A stretch of DNA of 64,000 nucleotides from an uncultured delta proteobacterium (GTDB lineage Bacteria; Desulfobacterota; Binatia; Binatales; Binataceae), in the NCBI GenBank assembly GCA_963765675.1, contig CAVXXK010000001.1, forward strand, positions 352,001 through 416,000, in the 5' to 3' direction. The notes beneath the pieces are model-generated. The model ran no database searches. It was given only the letters and a program-made list of their open reading frames with translations, and had not been told where the DNA came from. Position numbers and translations under genes: made by a program. Positions 1 through 9,666 of this stretch are shown here, one piece after another; positions within the stretch are counted from its first letter, which is position 1, and each line of letters begins with the position of its first letter.

Positions 1-70
1 CGATCAAACTGACTTGCCATCAAAGCCGTGACGGTCGACACTGCCGCGCGAAATTTAGTAATCGATCGGC

Positions 71-919
71 ATGCGCGTTCAAGTTGGCGACGGCAGGTTG
101 TTCTTCGACGTCGAGGGCGCATCGCTGGTCCCCGACGGTCCGCGGATGCGCGAGCGTCCGACCCTCCTGATGCTCCACGGCGGTCCCGGCGCCGACCACT
201 CGGTCTTCAAGCCCGACTTCTCGCCGCTGGCCGATATTGCTCAGGTGATCTACCTGGATCATCGCAGCGCCGGCCGCAGCGACCGCACCGGTCGCGATCG
301 CTGGACGCTCGATCACTGGGGCGACGACGTTTACGCCTTCTGCGAGGCGCTAGAAATCAAGCGGCCAATCGTGATGGGCACGTCGTTCGGCGGGATGGTC
401 GCGATGGCCTATGCGACGCGCCATCCAGATCATCCCGCCAAGCTCATCCTGTGCAGCACGGCAGCGCGGGTCGATCTAGCGCGCGTCTTCGCCGCCTTCG
501 AGCGCCGGGGAGGACGCGAGGCGGCGGAGGCGGCTCTGCGATTCTTCCGGGATCCGTCGGTGAAAAATTCGCCCGACTATCTCCGGCTCTGCATGCCGCT
601 CTATAGCTACCATCCCGATCCGCACCTGATGGAGATGTTCGCGCGGATGGCCGGGAACATGGAGCTGAATGAGCATTACCTGCGCGTGATCGAGACCTCG
701 TTTAATCTCTTGCCGGATCTGCCACGCGTCAAATGCCCGACGCTGGTGCTGGCGGGCGACGAGGATCCCGTCACTCCGCCCGCCGACTCCGAGGATATCG
801 CCGCCACGCTGCCGCCCGAACTCGCGCGCCTGGTGCGCTTCGCCAGGGCGGGCCACGGAATCGTCACCGACGACCGCGCGCGCTTCATGAATACGCTACG
901 CGAATTCATTTTGTCATGA
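71..919 (+). CDS. Alpha/beta hydrolase (proline iminopeptidase-like)
   Basis: HGGPG oxyanion motif, GTSFGG nucleophile elbow, DPV acid and AGH catalytic His. Confidence 0.9.
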   Translation: MRVQVGDGRLFFDVEGASLVPDGPRMRERPTLLMLHGGPGADHSVFKPDFSPLADIAQVIYLDHRSAGRSDRTGRDRWTLDHWGDDVYAFCEALEIKRPIVMGTSFGGMVAMAYATRHPDHPAKLILCSTAARVDLARVFAAFERRGGREAAEAALRFFRDPSVKNSPDYLRLCMPLYSYHPDPHLMEMFARMAGNMELNEHYLRVIETSFNLLPDLPRVKCPTLVLAGDEDPVTPPADSEDIAATLPPELARLVRFARAGHGIVTDDRARFMNTLREFILS

Positions 920-1947
920 ACCCAAATCGAGCTCAGGTAATCGAGAGACTACTGAGTAGCGACGAGCCGTCGATTCGCTGGAAGGTGATGGTCGGCGTGC
1001 TCGGCGAACATCCTGAGTCGCGGAAAATCAGAGACCTCCGGCAGGAGATTCGCAACTCGCCGCGAGTGAAGGCATTGCTCGCCGGCCGCGACCAGAACTT
1101 CGTGCGCGAGGCTAAAGTATATTCCAAATATCAAGGGTCGCATTGGACGCTGGCAGCGCTGGCGGATATCGGATATCCGGAGGGCGATGAGTCGCTGCTG
1201 CCGATGCGGGATCAGGTCCTTAATCACTGGCTCGGCAAACCTTTCTACCTTGAGTTCGAGTCCAAGAGCAGCGTTCCGAAATCCAGAAGCGCCGAAGGCG
1301 TTCCAAAGATCCAGGGCCGCTATCGGCGATGCGCCTCCCAGCAAGGCAACGCGTTGCTTTCCGTTACCAGGCTGGGAATTGGCGACGGCCGAAGCGAGCG
1401 CCTGGCCGAGCGTCTGCTGCATTGGCAATGGCCTGACGGCGGATGGAACTGCGATCGGAATCCGTCCGCCGATACTTCGTCGTTCATGGAGAGCTTGCTC
1501 CCGATGCGCGCGCTCACGGCCTACGCGGACGCGAGCGGCGACGATGCGGCGCGCGCGGCGGCATTGAAAGCGTCCGAGGTTTTCCTGTCGCGGCGGCTGT
1601 TCAGAAGGCGCTCCGATGGAAAAATCATCCGCCCGAATTTTCTGATGCAGCATTACCCGTTGTTCTGGCATTACGAAGTCCTGGGTGCGCTCAAGGCGAT
1701 GGCGGAAATCGGACTCATCAATGATCCGCGCTGCGGAGAAGCGTTGGATATCCTCGAGCGAAAGGAGTTGCCCGCCGGCGGTTGGGCCGCCGAAGGACGG
1801 CATTACAAGGTGACGCCAAAGCTCGACACCAGCGAGGGGTTCGGATCCGACTCGCTGGTCGATTGGGGCGGTGTCGGAAAGCGCCGAATGAACGAATGGG
1901 TTACAGCCGACGCGCTTTACGTCCTGCACGCCGCCGGCCGCGTCTAG
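916..1947 (+). CDS. Uncharacterised prenyltransferase/squalene-cyclase-repeat (alpha/alpha toroid) protein
   Basis: ATG at 916 overlaps the upstream stop (ATGA). QW-like motifs QWPDGGWNC and ELPAGGW; C-terminal WVT-AL-VL typical of this family. Confidence 0.7.
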   Translation: MNPNRAQVIERLLSSDEPSIRWKVMVGVLGEHPESRKIRDLRQEIRNSPRVKALLAGRDQNFVREAKVYSKYQGSHWTLAALADIGYPEGDESLLPMRDQVLNHWLGKPFYLEFESKSSVPKSRSAEGVPKIQGRYRRCASQQGNALLSVTRLGIGDGRSERLAERLLHWQWPDGGWNCDRNPSADTSSFMESLLPMRALTAYADASGDDAARAAALKASEVFLSRRLFRRRSDGKIIRPNFLMQHYPLFWHYEVLGALKAMAEIGLINDPRCGEALDILERKELPAGGWAAEGRHYKVTPKLDTSEGFGSDSLVDWGGVGKRRMNEWVTADALYVLHAAGRV

Positions 1948-2042
1948 CCGCGTTTAGCAATGACCGTCGGGACGCTGGTCCTACTATTCAGCAGGGCAGA
2001 CGCACGGCAGGATGCTACAATCCCGCGCCGGAGGCCTTCATC

Positions 2043-3026
2043 ATGCGACCTGTGAAATTCAATTGCGGACTGCCGACCACCGACTTCGCGGCGATGACCG
2101 CGATGGCGCGCCGGGCCGAGGAGCTCGGTTTCTTCTCAGTCTCGATCGACGATCACTTCTTCATGCGCGGTCTGATGTCCGAGCCCAACGCTCCCCATCT
2201 CGAATGCTACACGGCGCTGGCCGCGGTCGCCGCCGTGACCAAAACCGTCAAGCTCGCGCCGATGGTCACCTCGATGTCGTACCGCAACCCGGCGCTGCTG
2301 GCGAAGATGATCGCGACGCTCGACAATATCTCGGGCGGCCGCTTTATCGCGGGCCTCGGGGCAGGATGGTTCAAAGAGGAATACATCGCCTACAACTATC
2401 CCTACCCGTCCAACGCCGAGCGGATCGAGCAGTTCGCCGACGGGATCAAGGTTCTGAAGTCGATGTGGACCGAGGACGAGCCGAGCTATCACGGCCGCTT
2501 TCATTCGGTCGAAAAGGCCTACTGCTTTCCACGCCCGATCCAGAAACCTTATCCGCCGATCATGATTGGCGGCGGCGGCAAGAAGATTCTCAAAATCGCC
2601 GCCGAAGAGGCTGACATCCTGAACCTCAATCCGCCCATCACCAAGGGCGTGGTCGATATCGGCGACGCGATGAAGTTCGATCGCGCCGAGGTTCAGCGCC
2701 GCATCGGTATCCTCGACGATTTCGCGCGCGCCGCGGGCCGCAAAGCCGACGCGATCGAGATGTCGGGGCAGACTTTCGTGCTGATCGCGAAAGAAAAGAG
2801 CGTCGCGGACGCGATGATCAAAGCGACCGCGCAAGCGATGGGTATCGCCGACCCGGAGCTCGCGCGAACCTCGCCGCAGGTGCTGGTCGGCACCGTGGAC
2901 GAAATCAAACGGGAACTGGATTTCCGGATAGAAAAATTCCGGATGACCTATTTCGTCTGCCAGTTCATGGCCCCGGAAGGCGCCGAACTATTCGCCAAAG
3001 AGGTAATGCCAAAGTATCGGCGATAA
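2043..3026 (+). CDS. LLM-class (luciferase-like) flavin/F420-dependent oxidoreductase
   Basis: SIDDHF, YRNPALLAKM, LGAGW and IMIGGGG motifs; GGAGG RBS before ATG 2043. Confidence 0.9.
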   Translation: MRPVKFNCGLPTTDFAAMTAMARRAEELGFFSVSIDDHFFMRGLMSEPNAPHLECYTALAAVAAVTKTVKLAPMVTSMSYRNPALLAKMIATLDNISGGRFIAGLGAGWFKEEYIAYNYPYPSNAERIEQFADGIKVLKSMWTEDEPSYHGRFHSVEKAYCFPRPIQKPYPPIMIGGGGKKILKIAAEEADILNLNPPITKGVVDIGDAMKFDRAEVQRRIGILDDFARAAGRKADAIEMSGQTFVLIAKEKSVADAMIKATAQAMGIADPELARTSPQVLVGTVDEIKRELDFRIEKFRMTYFVCQFMAPEGAELFAKEVMPKYRR

Positions 3027-3066
3027 GATCATCATTAGTATTCGGCTGAAGGATTCGTCTGAAATA

Positions 3067-3231
3067 CCCTCTCCCCCCGGAGAGGGCGGCGCAGCGCGAT
3101 GCTTGCGATTCTTTTTTCGCAAGCATCGTGACACGCGGGTGAGGGTGCTGCTCTGCGTCTTTATAATCGCGCGTCGCTTCGCGCCGCGCTGAATAATGTC
3201 CCTCACCTGACCGCTCCCTTTCAGGGCGAGG
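3067..3231. repeat. CCCTCTCC..GGAGAGGG-type REP-like palindromic element
   Basis: Hairpin ccctctcc-cccc-ggagaggg (3067-3086), 12-bp stem cgatgcttgcga/tcgcaagcatcg (3097-3128), gggtgaggg (3137) pairing with ccctcacc (3200); lies between convergent genes. Confidence 0.65.
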
Positions 3232-3258
3232 ACAGACGGCGGGCGAGGAAGCCGCATG

Positions 3259-3981
3259 CTATTCAGCGAGCATCGGATTGGGCTTTGGATAGCCTAGCTC
3301 CGCGAGCTTCGCGTCGATCACCTCGAGGTCTTTGCTCATCGTCGTGTCGCGCGAGGATGATGCGTGCTCCGCTACATTCTCGATGCTGCGGCGAATCTCG
3401 CGCAGCGCGGCGCTCTCGCCCGCCGTCATCTGCACAATCGCGATAAAGCATAGCCACGGAATAACCACCGCCGCGACAACGGTCACGATAATCATCGTGC
3501 GCGCGCGCGCCTCGGATCGATCGGCGATCGAGAGCATCGCGGCGTCGTCGGCGGAGATCAGGTCGGAGACCAAGCCCTGCAAGTCACGCAGACGCGGCTC
3601 GAAGCTGTCGTCACCCGACGGCGCGGCGCGCATCGCGTCGAAAATCGGATTCGCCGTCTCCGCGATCTTCTCGATCGCGTCGTGCTGCGCCTCGGTGCTC
3701 GCACGCGAGCGCGCCACCTCGACCCAACCGACGAATCCGCGCTGTTGATCCCGAACAATCTGCGATGCTTCGGGCTGCGTGCGCGCCCAATCCATCTTGT
3801 ACAGTGCGTTTTCCATCCCACGCGCGGCCTCGAGCGCCGTGTATTGGTTTTCGTGCATCAACGCCGGCATCGCGCCGAATCCATAGAAGCCCAGTGCCAG
3901 GATCGGAGTCGCGATGAGCAGGATTATCGGCGCGATTACCGCGACGAATCGGAGCTTGGTGATGATCGTAATTCGGGCCAT
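3259..3981 (-). CDS. Membrane protein with extracytoplasmic four-helix-bundle sensor-like domain
   Basis: MARITIITKLRF start, two hydrophobic segments flanking a helical region (ENQYTALEAARGMENAL), short C-terminal tail. Confidence 0.65.
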   Translation of the reverse strand: MARITIITKLRFVAVIAPIILLIATPILALGFYGFGAMPALMHENQYTALEAARGMENALYKMDWARTQPEASQIVRDQQRGFVGWVEVARSRASTEAQHDAIEKIAETANPIFDAMRAAPSGDDSFEPRLRDLQGLVSDLISADDAAMLSIADRSEARARTMIIVTVVAAVVIPWLCFIAIVQMTAGESAALREIRRSIENVAEHASSSRDTTMSKDLEVIDAKLAELGYPKPNPMLAE

Positions 3982-4097
3982 CGTCAGTACCGTTCTCAGA
4001 AGGTTGCGTGCAAACAAAGATGCGCGTGCGGCGCAGCCAAATGCAACGCCCGCCCGATATGATGCGTCCGGCGCGCGTTCGTGCAATGATCGCCGCG

Positions 4098-4967
4098 ATG
4101 AATTTCGCCGATCGCCTGGCCAACGCCGTGCGCCAGAAAAATTCCTGCGCGATCCTGGGCGTCGATCCACAGCTCGATACCAAAGACTCTTCCGGCGTGC
4201 CGAAATCGCACACGCTCGCGCGCTTCTGCTGCGAAATCGTCGAGGCCTGCGCATCGCATATCTGCGCGGTCAAGCCGCAACTCGCTTTCTATGAAGCGCG
4301 CGGGATCGACGGGATGCGCGCGTTCGTCGAGGTGGTGCGCACCGCGCGGCGGCTCGGCCTAATCGTGATCGCGGACGCCAAGCGCGGCGATATCGGATCG
4401 ACCTCGGCCGCATACGCGCAGGCGTTTCTGGGCGATGGCGATTTCGGATGCGACGCCGTCACCGTCAATCCTTATCAGGGCGCCGACTCGACGATGCCGT
4501 TTATCGCGAGAGTTCCGGCCGGCCGCGGCGTGTTCGTGCTGGTCAGGACTTCGAATCCGTCGTCGGGGGAATTTCAGGATATCGCCGCCGACGGCCGTGC
4601 GATGTGGGAGCACGTCGCCGCGCGGGTCCACGGATGGGGCAGCGACTATCTCGGCGAATCAGGATTGAGTCCGGTCGGCGCTGTTCTGGGCGCTACCTTT
4701 CCCGATGAAGCCCGCCGCGCGCGCAAGCTGATGCCCAACGCGTTCATCCTGGTCCCCGGCTACGGCGCGCAAGGCGCAAGCGCGACCGATGCGATCGCGG
4801 CCGCCCGCCCCGACGGCACCGGCATTATCGTGAACGCGAGCCGCAGCCTGATGTATGCGTTCAAAAAATCGGAAGGAAAATCCCCCGCCGAAGCCGCCTC
4901 CATCGCCGCCGCCGCGATGCGCGCGGACCTCAACGCCACCCTCGCAGCGACGCACGCCCGACTCTGA
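4098..4967 (+). CDS. pyrF: Orotidine-5'-phosphate decarboxylase (type 2)
   Basis: KPQLAFYE, DAKRGDIGST, RTSNP, PGYGAQG and NASRS motifs. Confidence 0.95.
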   Translation: MNFADRLANAVRQKNSCAILGVDPQLDTKDSSGVPKSHTLARFCCEIVEACASHICAVKPQLAFYEARGIDGMRAFVEVVRTARRLGLIVIADAKRGDIGSTSAAYAQAFLGDGDFGCDAVTVNPYQGADSTMPFIARVPAGRGVFVLVRTSNPSSGEFQDIAADGRAMWEHVAARVHGWGSDYLGESGLSPVGAVLGATFPDEARRARKLMPNAFILVPGYGAQGASATDAIAAARPDGTGIIVNASRSLMYAFKKSEGKSPAEAASIAAAAMRADLNATLAATHARL

Positions 4968-4968
4968 T

Positions 4969-4991
4969 CCCTCGCCCTGAAAGGGCGAGCG
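4969..4991. repeat. Short REP-like hairpin, inverted copy of 3212-3231
   Basis: cctcgccctgaaaggg matches the reverse complement of the ccctttcagggcgagg segment at 3216-3231; ctcgccct/agggcgag stem. Confidence 0.55.
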
Positions 4992-5028
4992 ATCAGATTA
5001 GTCTTGCCGCTGGGGTCTGAGTACGCCG

Positions 5029-5589
5029 TTACGAGCGCATCAGCTCTGCTTCGTCGGCGGCGAGAGTCGCGTAAACCTCGCGATCGATCTTGCGATAGCG
5101 ATCGAGCGAGGCGTCGGCCTGCTCTTCGGAGCCCTGCTCTTTCGCGATCTCGCGCATCTTCTTTTCGATCCACGACAGATGCCAGGTCTCGTCCTTGGTG
5201 ACCGCGGCCAGGACCTCGAGCGTCTCCGCGTCGACGTTGGGCAGCGCAGCATGCGCGTTGTAGCGGCTCTGCGCGCGCTCTTCGACCACTACAGTCAGGG
5301 CGAGCAGATCGATTATCGTCTTGGGGACGCCGGTGCGCAGACCGAGCCGCCGCTGATATCCATCATCGACCATCACCGGAGCGCCGCCCAAATCGGCAAT
5401 CCGCTTGGTCCACAGCCACGCGTGGCGAGTTTCGTCGGCCAGATGCGCCGACATCTTTAGCTGCGAATCGCCGTCTTTGAGATGAGTTATGAGATTGAAA
5501 AGGAGGCGGGCGCCTCGAAGTTCGGCATCGCGATAGAAGCTGAAGATAAGAATCTGCTTCTCGTTGGCCGACATGCTACTGAAATCCAT
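5029..5589 (-). CDS. Ferritin-like di-iron carboxylate protein
   Basis: E..DETRH..EE..DETWH ligand pattern; GGAG RBS before ATG 5589. Confidence 0.8.
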   Translation of the reverse strand: MDFSSMSANEKQILIFSFYRDAELRGARLLFNLITHLKDGDSQLKMSAHLADETRHAWLWTKRIADLGGAPVMVDDGYQRRLGLRTGVPKTIIDLLALTVVVEERAQSRYNAHAALPNVDAETLEVLAAVTKDETWHLSWIEKKMREIAKEQGSEEQADASLDRYRKIDREVYATLAADEAELMRS

Positions 5590-5863
5590 CAGTTCTCCTG
5601 CTCCTCCGCCCTTAAACAGCCACCGGGGATAAGAATATAGGGTTTGTCCGCGCCATAGATCGATCAAGTCGGCGCGCAAAGCGGTTGCGTGAACAGTATT
5701 TCAATCGGACCGGCTGGTCAAGAAATCGGCCACAGTTTCCCAATAGTTTCGATCATTTGGCGTTAAGCGCAGCTTATTGTAAAACTACCGCGACGCGCGA
5801 ATTTGTCGCGACGAATCTGGTTGAAAAGGGGGACACGGCTTTCGACGCCGCGGCACGACGACG

Positions 5864-7057
5864 ATGCCTGCTTCGATTGATTCATTGTGGCTCGCTCTCA
5901 GACGTGTGCCGGGGGTCGGACCGCGCACCGCGCATCTGCTGCTCGAGAAGTTTGGCGCACCCGAAAAAATCTTCGCGCTCAAGGCTGACGAAATCGCCGC
6001 CGCCGGAGTCCAAAACAAAGTCGCGCGCGCGGTCGCCGATTTTCGCGACTTCGAGCCGATCGAGCGCGAACTGTGCGAGCTCCCGCGAATCGGCGCGCAC
6101 CTGGTCAGGTGGACCGACGCGGATTATCCAGCAAGGTTGCGCGAGATCGCGGACCCGCCGCCCTATCTCTTTGTCCGCGGCCAGACTCCTCCTGCTGATA
6201 CCCGATGCGTCGCCGTGGTCGGAGCGCGTGCCGCTTCGGACGCCGGCCGCCGGATGGCGCGGCGCATCGGTTTCGAGCTCGCCGCCAAGGGTTTCACCGT
6301 GGTCAGCGGCCTCGCGCGCGGAATCGACGCCGAAGCGCATCAGGGCGCGCTCGACGCGGGCGGAAAGACCATCGCGATTTTAGGATGCGGCGTTGACGTC
6401 ATCTATCCTGCCGAGCATCGCCAACTCGCCGACGCGATTATCGCAAGCGCGGGCGCTATCTTCAGCGAGCTACCGGTCGGATCCCAGCCGCTGCCCGAGA
6501 ACTTCCCGACTCGCAACCGGATCATCTCGGGGCTGTCGCTCGGTGTCGTGATCGTTGAAGCGGCCGAGAAGAGCGGTTCGCTGATCACGGCCCGGATGGC
6601 GCTGGAGCAGAATCGGCAGGTGTTCGCGGTTCCCGGCAGCCCGCTGGGCGGGAAGGCAAGCGGCAGCAACCGGCTGATCAAGCAGGGAGCTGTGCTGGTC
6701 GATTGCGTCGAGGACGTGTTGGAGGAACTGGCGCCTCAACTTGTCGAGCGCGCGGCTTCGGCATCCAGCGATACTCGCAGAACGTCGGGAAGATCGGGGT
6801 CGACGGCGCAGAAATCAGCAAAAACTACAGTATCGACGGGCATAAAATCGGTCGAGCGCATCCTGGAATCGGGCGATACTACTGTAAAAGCAGCTAAAGC
6901 GATTATATTAGAGCTTAAAGATGATACGAAACTCCATATTGACGCGCTCATAGAAGCTTCCGGACTCGACGCCCAGACTGTGCTTAGATTGTTGCTTGAG
7001 CTCGAGCTAAAGGGCATAGTCGCGCAGCATCCGGGCAAGCTTTTCTCGCTAGCCTGA
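5864..7057 (+). CDS. dprA: DNA-processing protein DprA/Smf
   Basis: VVSGLARGID, FPTRNRIISGLS, SGSLITA motifs; C-terminal winged helix (LLELELKG); upstream of topA. Confidence 0.95.
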   Translation: MPASIDSLWLALRRVPGVGPRTAHLLLEKFGAPEKIFALKADEIAAAGVQNKVARAVADFRDFEPIERELCELPRIGAHLVRWTDADYPARLREIADPPPYLFVRGQTPPADTRCVAVVGARAASDAGRRMARRIGFELAAKGFTVVSGLARGIDAEAHQGALDAGGKTIAILGCGVDVIYPAEHRQLADAIIASAGAIFSELPVGSQPLPENFPTRNRIISGLSLGVVIVEAAEKSGSLITARMALEQNRQVFAVPGSPLGGKASGSNRLIKQGAVLVDCVEDVLEELAPQLVERAASASSDTRRTSGRSGSTAQKSAKTTVSTGIKSVERILESGDTTVKAAKAIILELKDDTKLHIDALIEASGLDAQTVLRLLLELELKGIVAQHPGKLFSLA

Positions 7058-7119
7058 GTCGTGCAGGATGATGCGGAGGCCCTAGCTGGGCCGCGGGTGG
7101 GTTGGGAGACAGCCGAATC

Positions 7120-9462
7120 GTGGCAAAAAACCTTGTTATCGTAGAATCTCCGGCCAAAGCCAAAACAATCAAGCGCTATTTGGGCTCGGCCTATGAAGTC
7201 ACATCGTCGGTGGGACACGTCGTCGATCTGCCCAAAAGCACCCTCGGCGTCGATTTGGAGCATGACTTCAAGCCCGAGTACCACGTGATTCCGGGCAAGG
7301 CCAAAGTTATCGAGGGAATCAAGAAATCCGCGCAAGGCAAGGAAAATATCTACCTGGCCTCGGACCCCGACCGCGAAGGGGAAGCGATCGCGTGGCATCT
7401 GAAGGAGCGGCTCGGCAAAGCGGCGGCGAGCAAGATTCATCGCGTGCTGTTGCATGAAATCACGTCCGACGCGGTCAAGGCCGCGATCGCGAACTGTGGC
7501 GACCTGGACGAAAACCTCTACGACGCGCAGCAGGCGCGCCGCGTGCTCGACCGTCTGGTCGGCTACCTGATAAGTCCGCTCCTGTGGGACAAGGTCAAAC
7601 GTGGAATCAGCGCGGGGCGGGTGCAGTCTCCAGCGCTCAGGATAATCGTCGAGCGCGAACGCGAGCGCGAGGCCTTTCGCGCCGAAGAATACTGGACCCT
7701 CGACGCGCGCCTGGCCGCGGCGAATCCGCCTCCATTCAAGGCGCGGCTCTATAGCTGGAAAGACCAGCGTATCGACAACAAAGCCTACAAGCTTCCAAAG
7801 GTTCAGGCTGACGAGATTATCGCGGCGGTCACCGACGCGCCGTTTATCATCCGCACGATCGAGCGCAAGGAGGTCCGCCGCAGTCCCGCTCCGCCGTTTA
7901 TCACCTCTCGCCTGCAGCAAGAGGCTTCGCGCAAGCTGTATTTCTCGCCCAAGCGGACGATGCAGATCGCGCAGCGTCTCTACGAAGGTATCGAGCTTGG
8001 CGCAGACGGCGCGATCGGGCTTATCACCTACATGCGTACCGATTCGGTGCGCGTCTCCGAAGTGGCGCTCGATTCCGTGCGCGGCCATATCGCGGGGCGT
8101 TACGGCAAGGAATATCTGCCCGACCGCGCGATTCATTATCGCACCAGCAAGGCCGCGCAGGACGCCCACGAGGCGATCCGCCCGACCGCGGTCGAGCGCG
8201 ATCCGGAGTCCGTGCGTCCGTACCTGGAGAAACCGGCCTACGATCTTTACAAGCTGATCTACGATCGCTTCGTTTCGAGCCAGATGAATCCCGCGGTTTA
8301 CGATCGCACCAGCGTCGATATCGACGCGGCCGCCGCCGTGTTCCGAGCTACAGGCCAGGTGATGAAGTTCGACGGCTTCATGCGCGTGTACCTCGAGGGC
8401 CAGGACGAACCCAGCGAGGACGATGAAGCCGCGGCGACTCTGCCCGCGATGACCGAGGGCGAGCGGCTGGCGCTCCAGGGCCTCGAGCCGGAGCAGCATT
8501 TCACGCAGCCTCCGCCGCGTTTCACCCAGGCGACTATCATCAAGGAGCTCGAAGAAAAGGGCATCGGGCGTCCGTCAACCTACGCGACGATCATGACCAG
8601 CCTGCTCAACCAGACCTACGTCGAAGAAGACGAGAGCAAGCGCCTTCGTCCGACCAGTCTCGGCCGCACGGTGGCTGACCTGCTGGTGGCGGCCTTCCCG
8701 GATATCATCGAGGTCGGATTCACGGCCGCGATGGAAGAAGACCTGGACAAGGTCGAAGAGGGCAAGGAGAACTGGGTCAAGACGCTCAAGCGGTTCTACG
8801 TCCCATTCAAAAAACGCCTGGGCGAAGCCAAAAAGACGATGCCCGAGGTCAAGCGCAAGGGTCTTCCGACCGGACTCAAGTGCGAGCTCGATGGCGGCGA
8901 CATGGTTATCAAATGGGGGCGCAACGGCGAGTTCCTTGCCTGCTCGAACTATCCAGCGTGCAAGAATACAAAAGAATTCTCGCGTGACGAACAGGGCGGA
9001 ATCCACGAGCGCGAATCAACGCCGCTGGCCGCGACCGACGAGGTCTGCGACAAGTGCGGCAAGCCGATGGTGCGCAAACGCTCGCGCTTCGGCGAGTTCC
9101 TGGGATGCAGCGGCTATCCGGACTGCGATGGAATCAAGCGGCTGCAATCGCCGCCGGTGAAAACCGGAGTCGCCTGCCCGGAATGCAAAGAAGGCGAGAT
9201 CCTGGAGCGCCGCAGCCGCCGCGGCAAGCTGTTCTTCGGATGCGGCCGCTATCCGAAGTGCAAGTTTGCGGCGTGGGATAAAGTCCTGCCTCATCCCTGC
9301 CCTTCATGCGGGGCGAACTACCTGGTCGAGAAGACCACCAAGCGCGAGGGCACGGTCTGGAAGTGCGCCAACGCAGAGTGCGGCTACAAAGCTCCCGCTC
9401 CGGCGGCATCGCCCGAGACGCCCAACGCCTCGCCGCCAGCATCCGCTCCGCACATCGCATAG
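7120..9462 (+). CDS. topA: DNA topoisomerase I with C-terminal zinc ribbons
   Basis: LVIVESPAKAKTI, DPDREGE, SAGRVQS, ITYMRTDS, GIGRPSTYA; repeated Cys ribbons; GTG start at 7120. Confidence 0.97.
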   Translation: MAKNLVIVESPAKAKTIKRYLGSAYEVTSSVGHVVDLPKSTLGVDLEHDFKPEYHVIPGKAKVIEGIKKSAQGKENIYLASDPDREGEAIAWHLKERLGKAAASKIHRVLLHEITSDAVKAAIANCGDLDENLYDAQQARRVLDRLVGYLISPLLWDKVKRGISAGRVQSPALRIIVEREREREAFRAEEYWTLDARLAAANPPPFKARLYSWKDQRIDNKAYKLPKVQADEIIAAVTDAPFIIRTIERKEVRRSPAPPFITSRLQQEASRKLYFSPKRTMQIAQRLYEGIELGADGAIGLITYMRTDSVRVSEVALDSVRGHIAGRYGKEYLPDRAIHYRTSKAAQDAHEAIRPTAVERDPESVRPYLEKPAYDLYKLIYDRFVSSQMNPAVYDRTSVDIDAAAAVFRATGQVMKFDGFMRVYLEGQDEPSEDDEAAATLPAMTEGERLALQGLEPEQHFTQPPPRFTQATIIKELEEKGIGRPSTYATIMTSLLNQTYVEEDESKRLRPTSLGRTVADLLVAAFPDIIEVGFTAAMEEDLDKVEEGKENWVKTLKRFYVPFKKRLGEAKKTMPEVKRKGLPTGLKCELDGGDMVIKWGRNGEFLACSNYPACKNTKEFSRDEQGGIHERESTPLAATDEVCDKCGKPMVRKRSRFGEFLGCSGYPDCDGIKRLQSPPVKTGVACPECKEGEILERRSRRGKLFFGCGRYPKCKFAAWDKVLPHPCPSCGANYLVEKTTKREGTVWKCANAECGYKAPAPAASPETPNASPPASAPHIA

Positions 9463-9666
9463 GTCCGGGCCGCCATCCCTCCCCTGGCTCCGAGTTCTCT
9501 ATTCAGCATGGCGCGCCAGCCACTCTAGCTACAGGATTTCGGCACCCATACCTGATGCCGCTCTTTTGACAGGGTGCGCGCCCGGAGCATTCAGATTTTT
9601 GTTGCGAGCAGTCATAATGCTCCGCGTCGGCGTGGCGGAAATGAATCCGCGCAGCGACGGGGGGTT

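Noticed and set aside
6736-8499. Long antisense or alternative-frame ORFs (6736-8499, 12914-14128, 26993-28798, 36240-37709, 60642-62153 and similar)
   Set aside because: They shadow well-supported genes, which is expected in high-GC DNA, and show no recognisable motifs.
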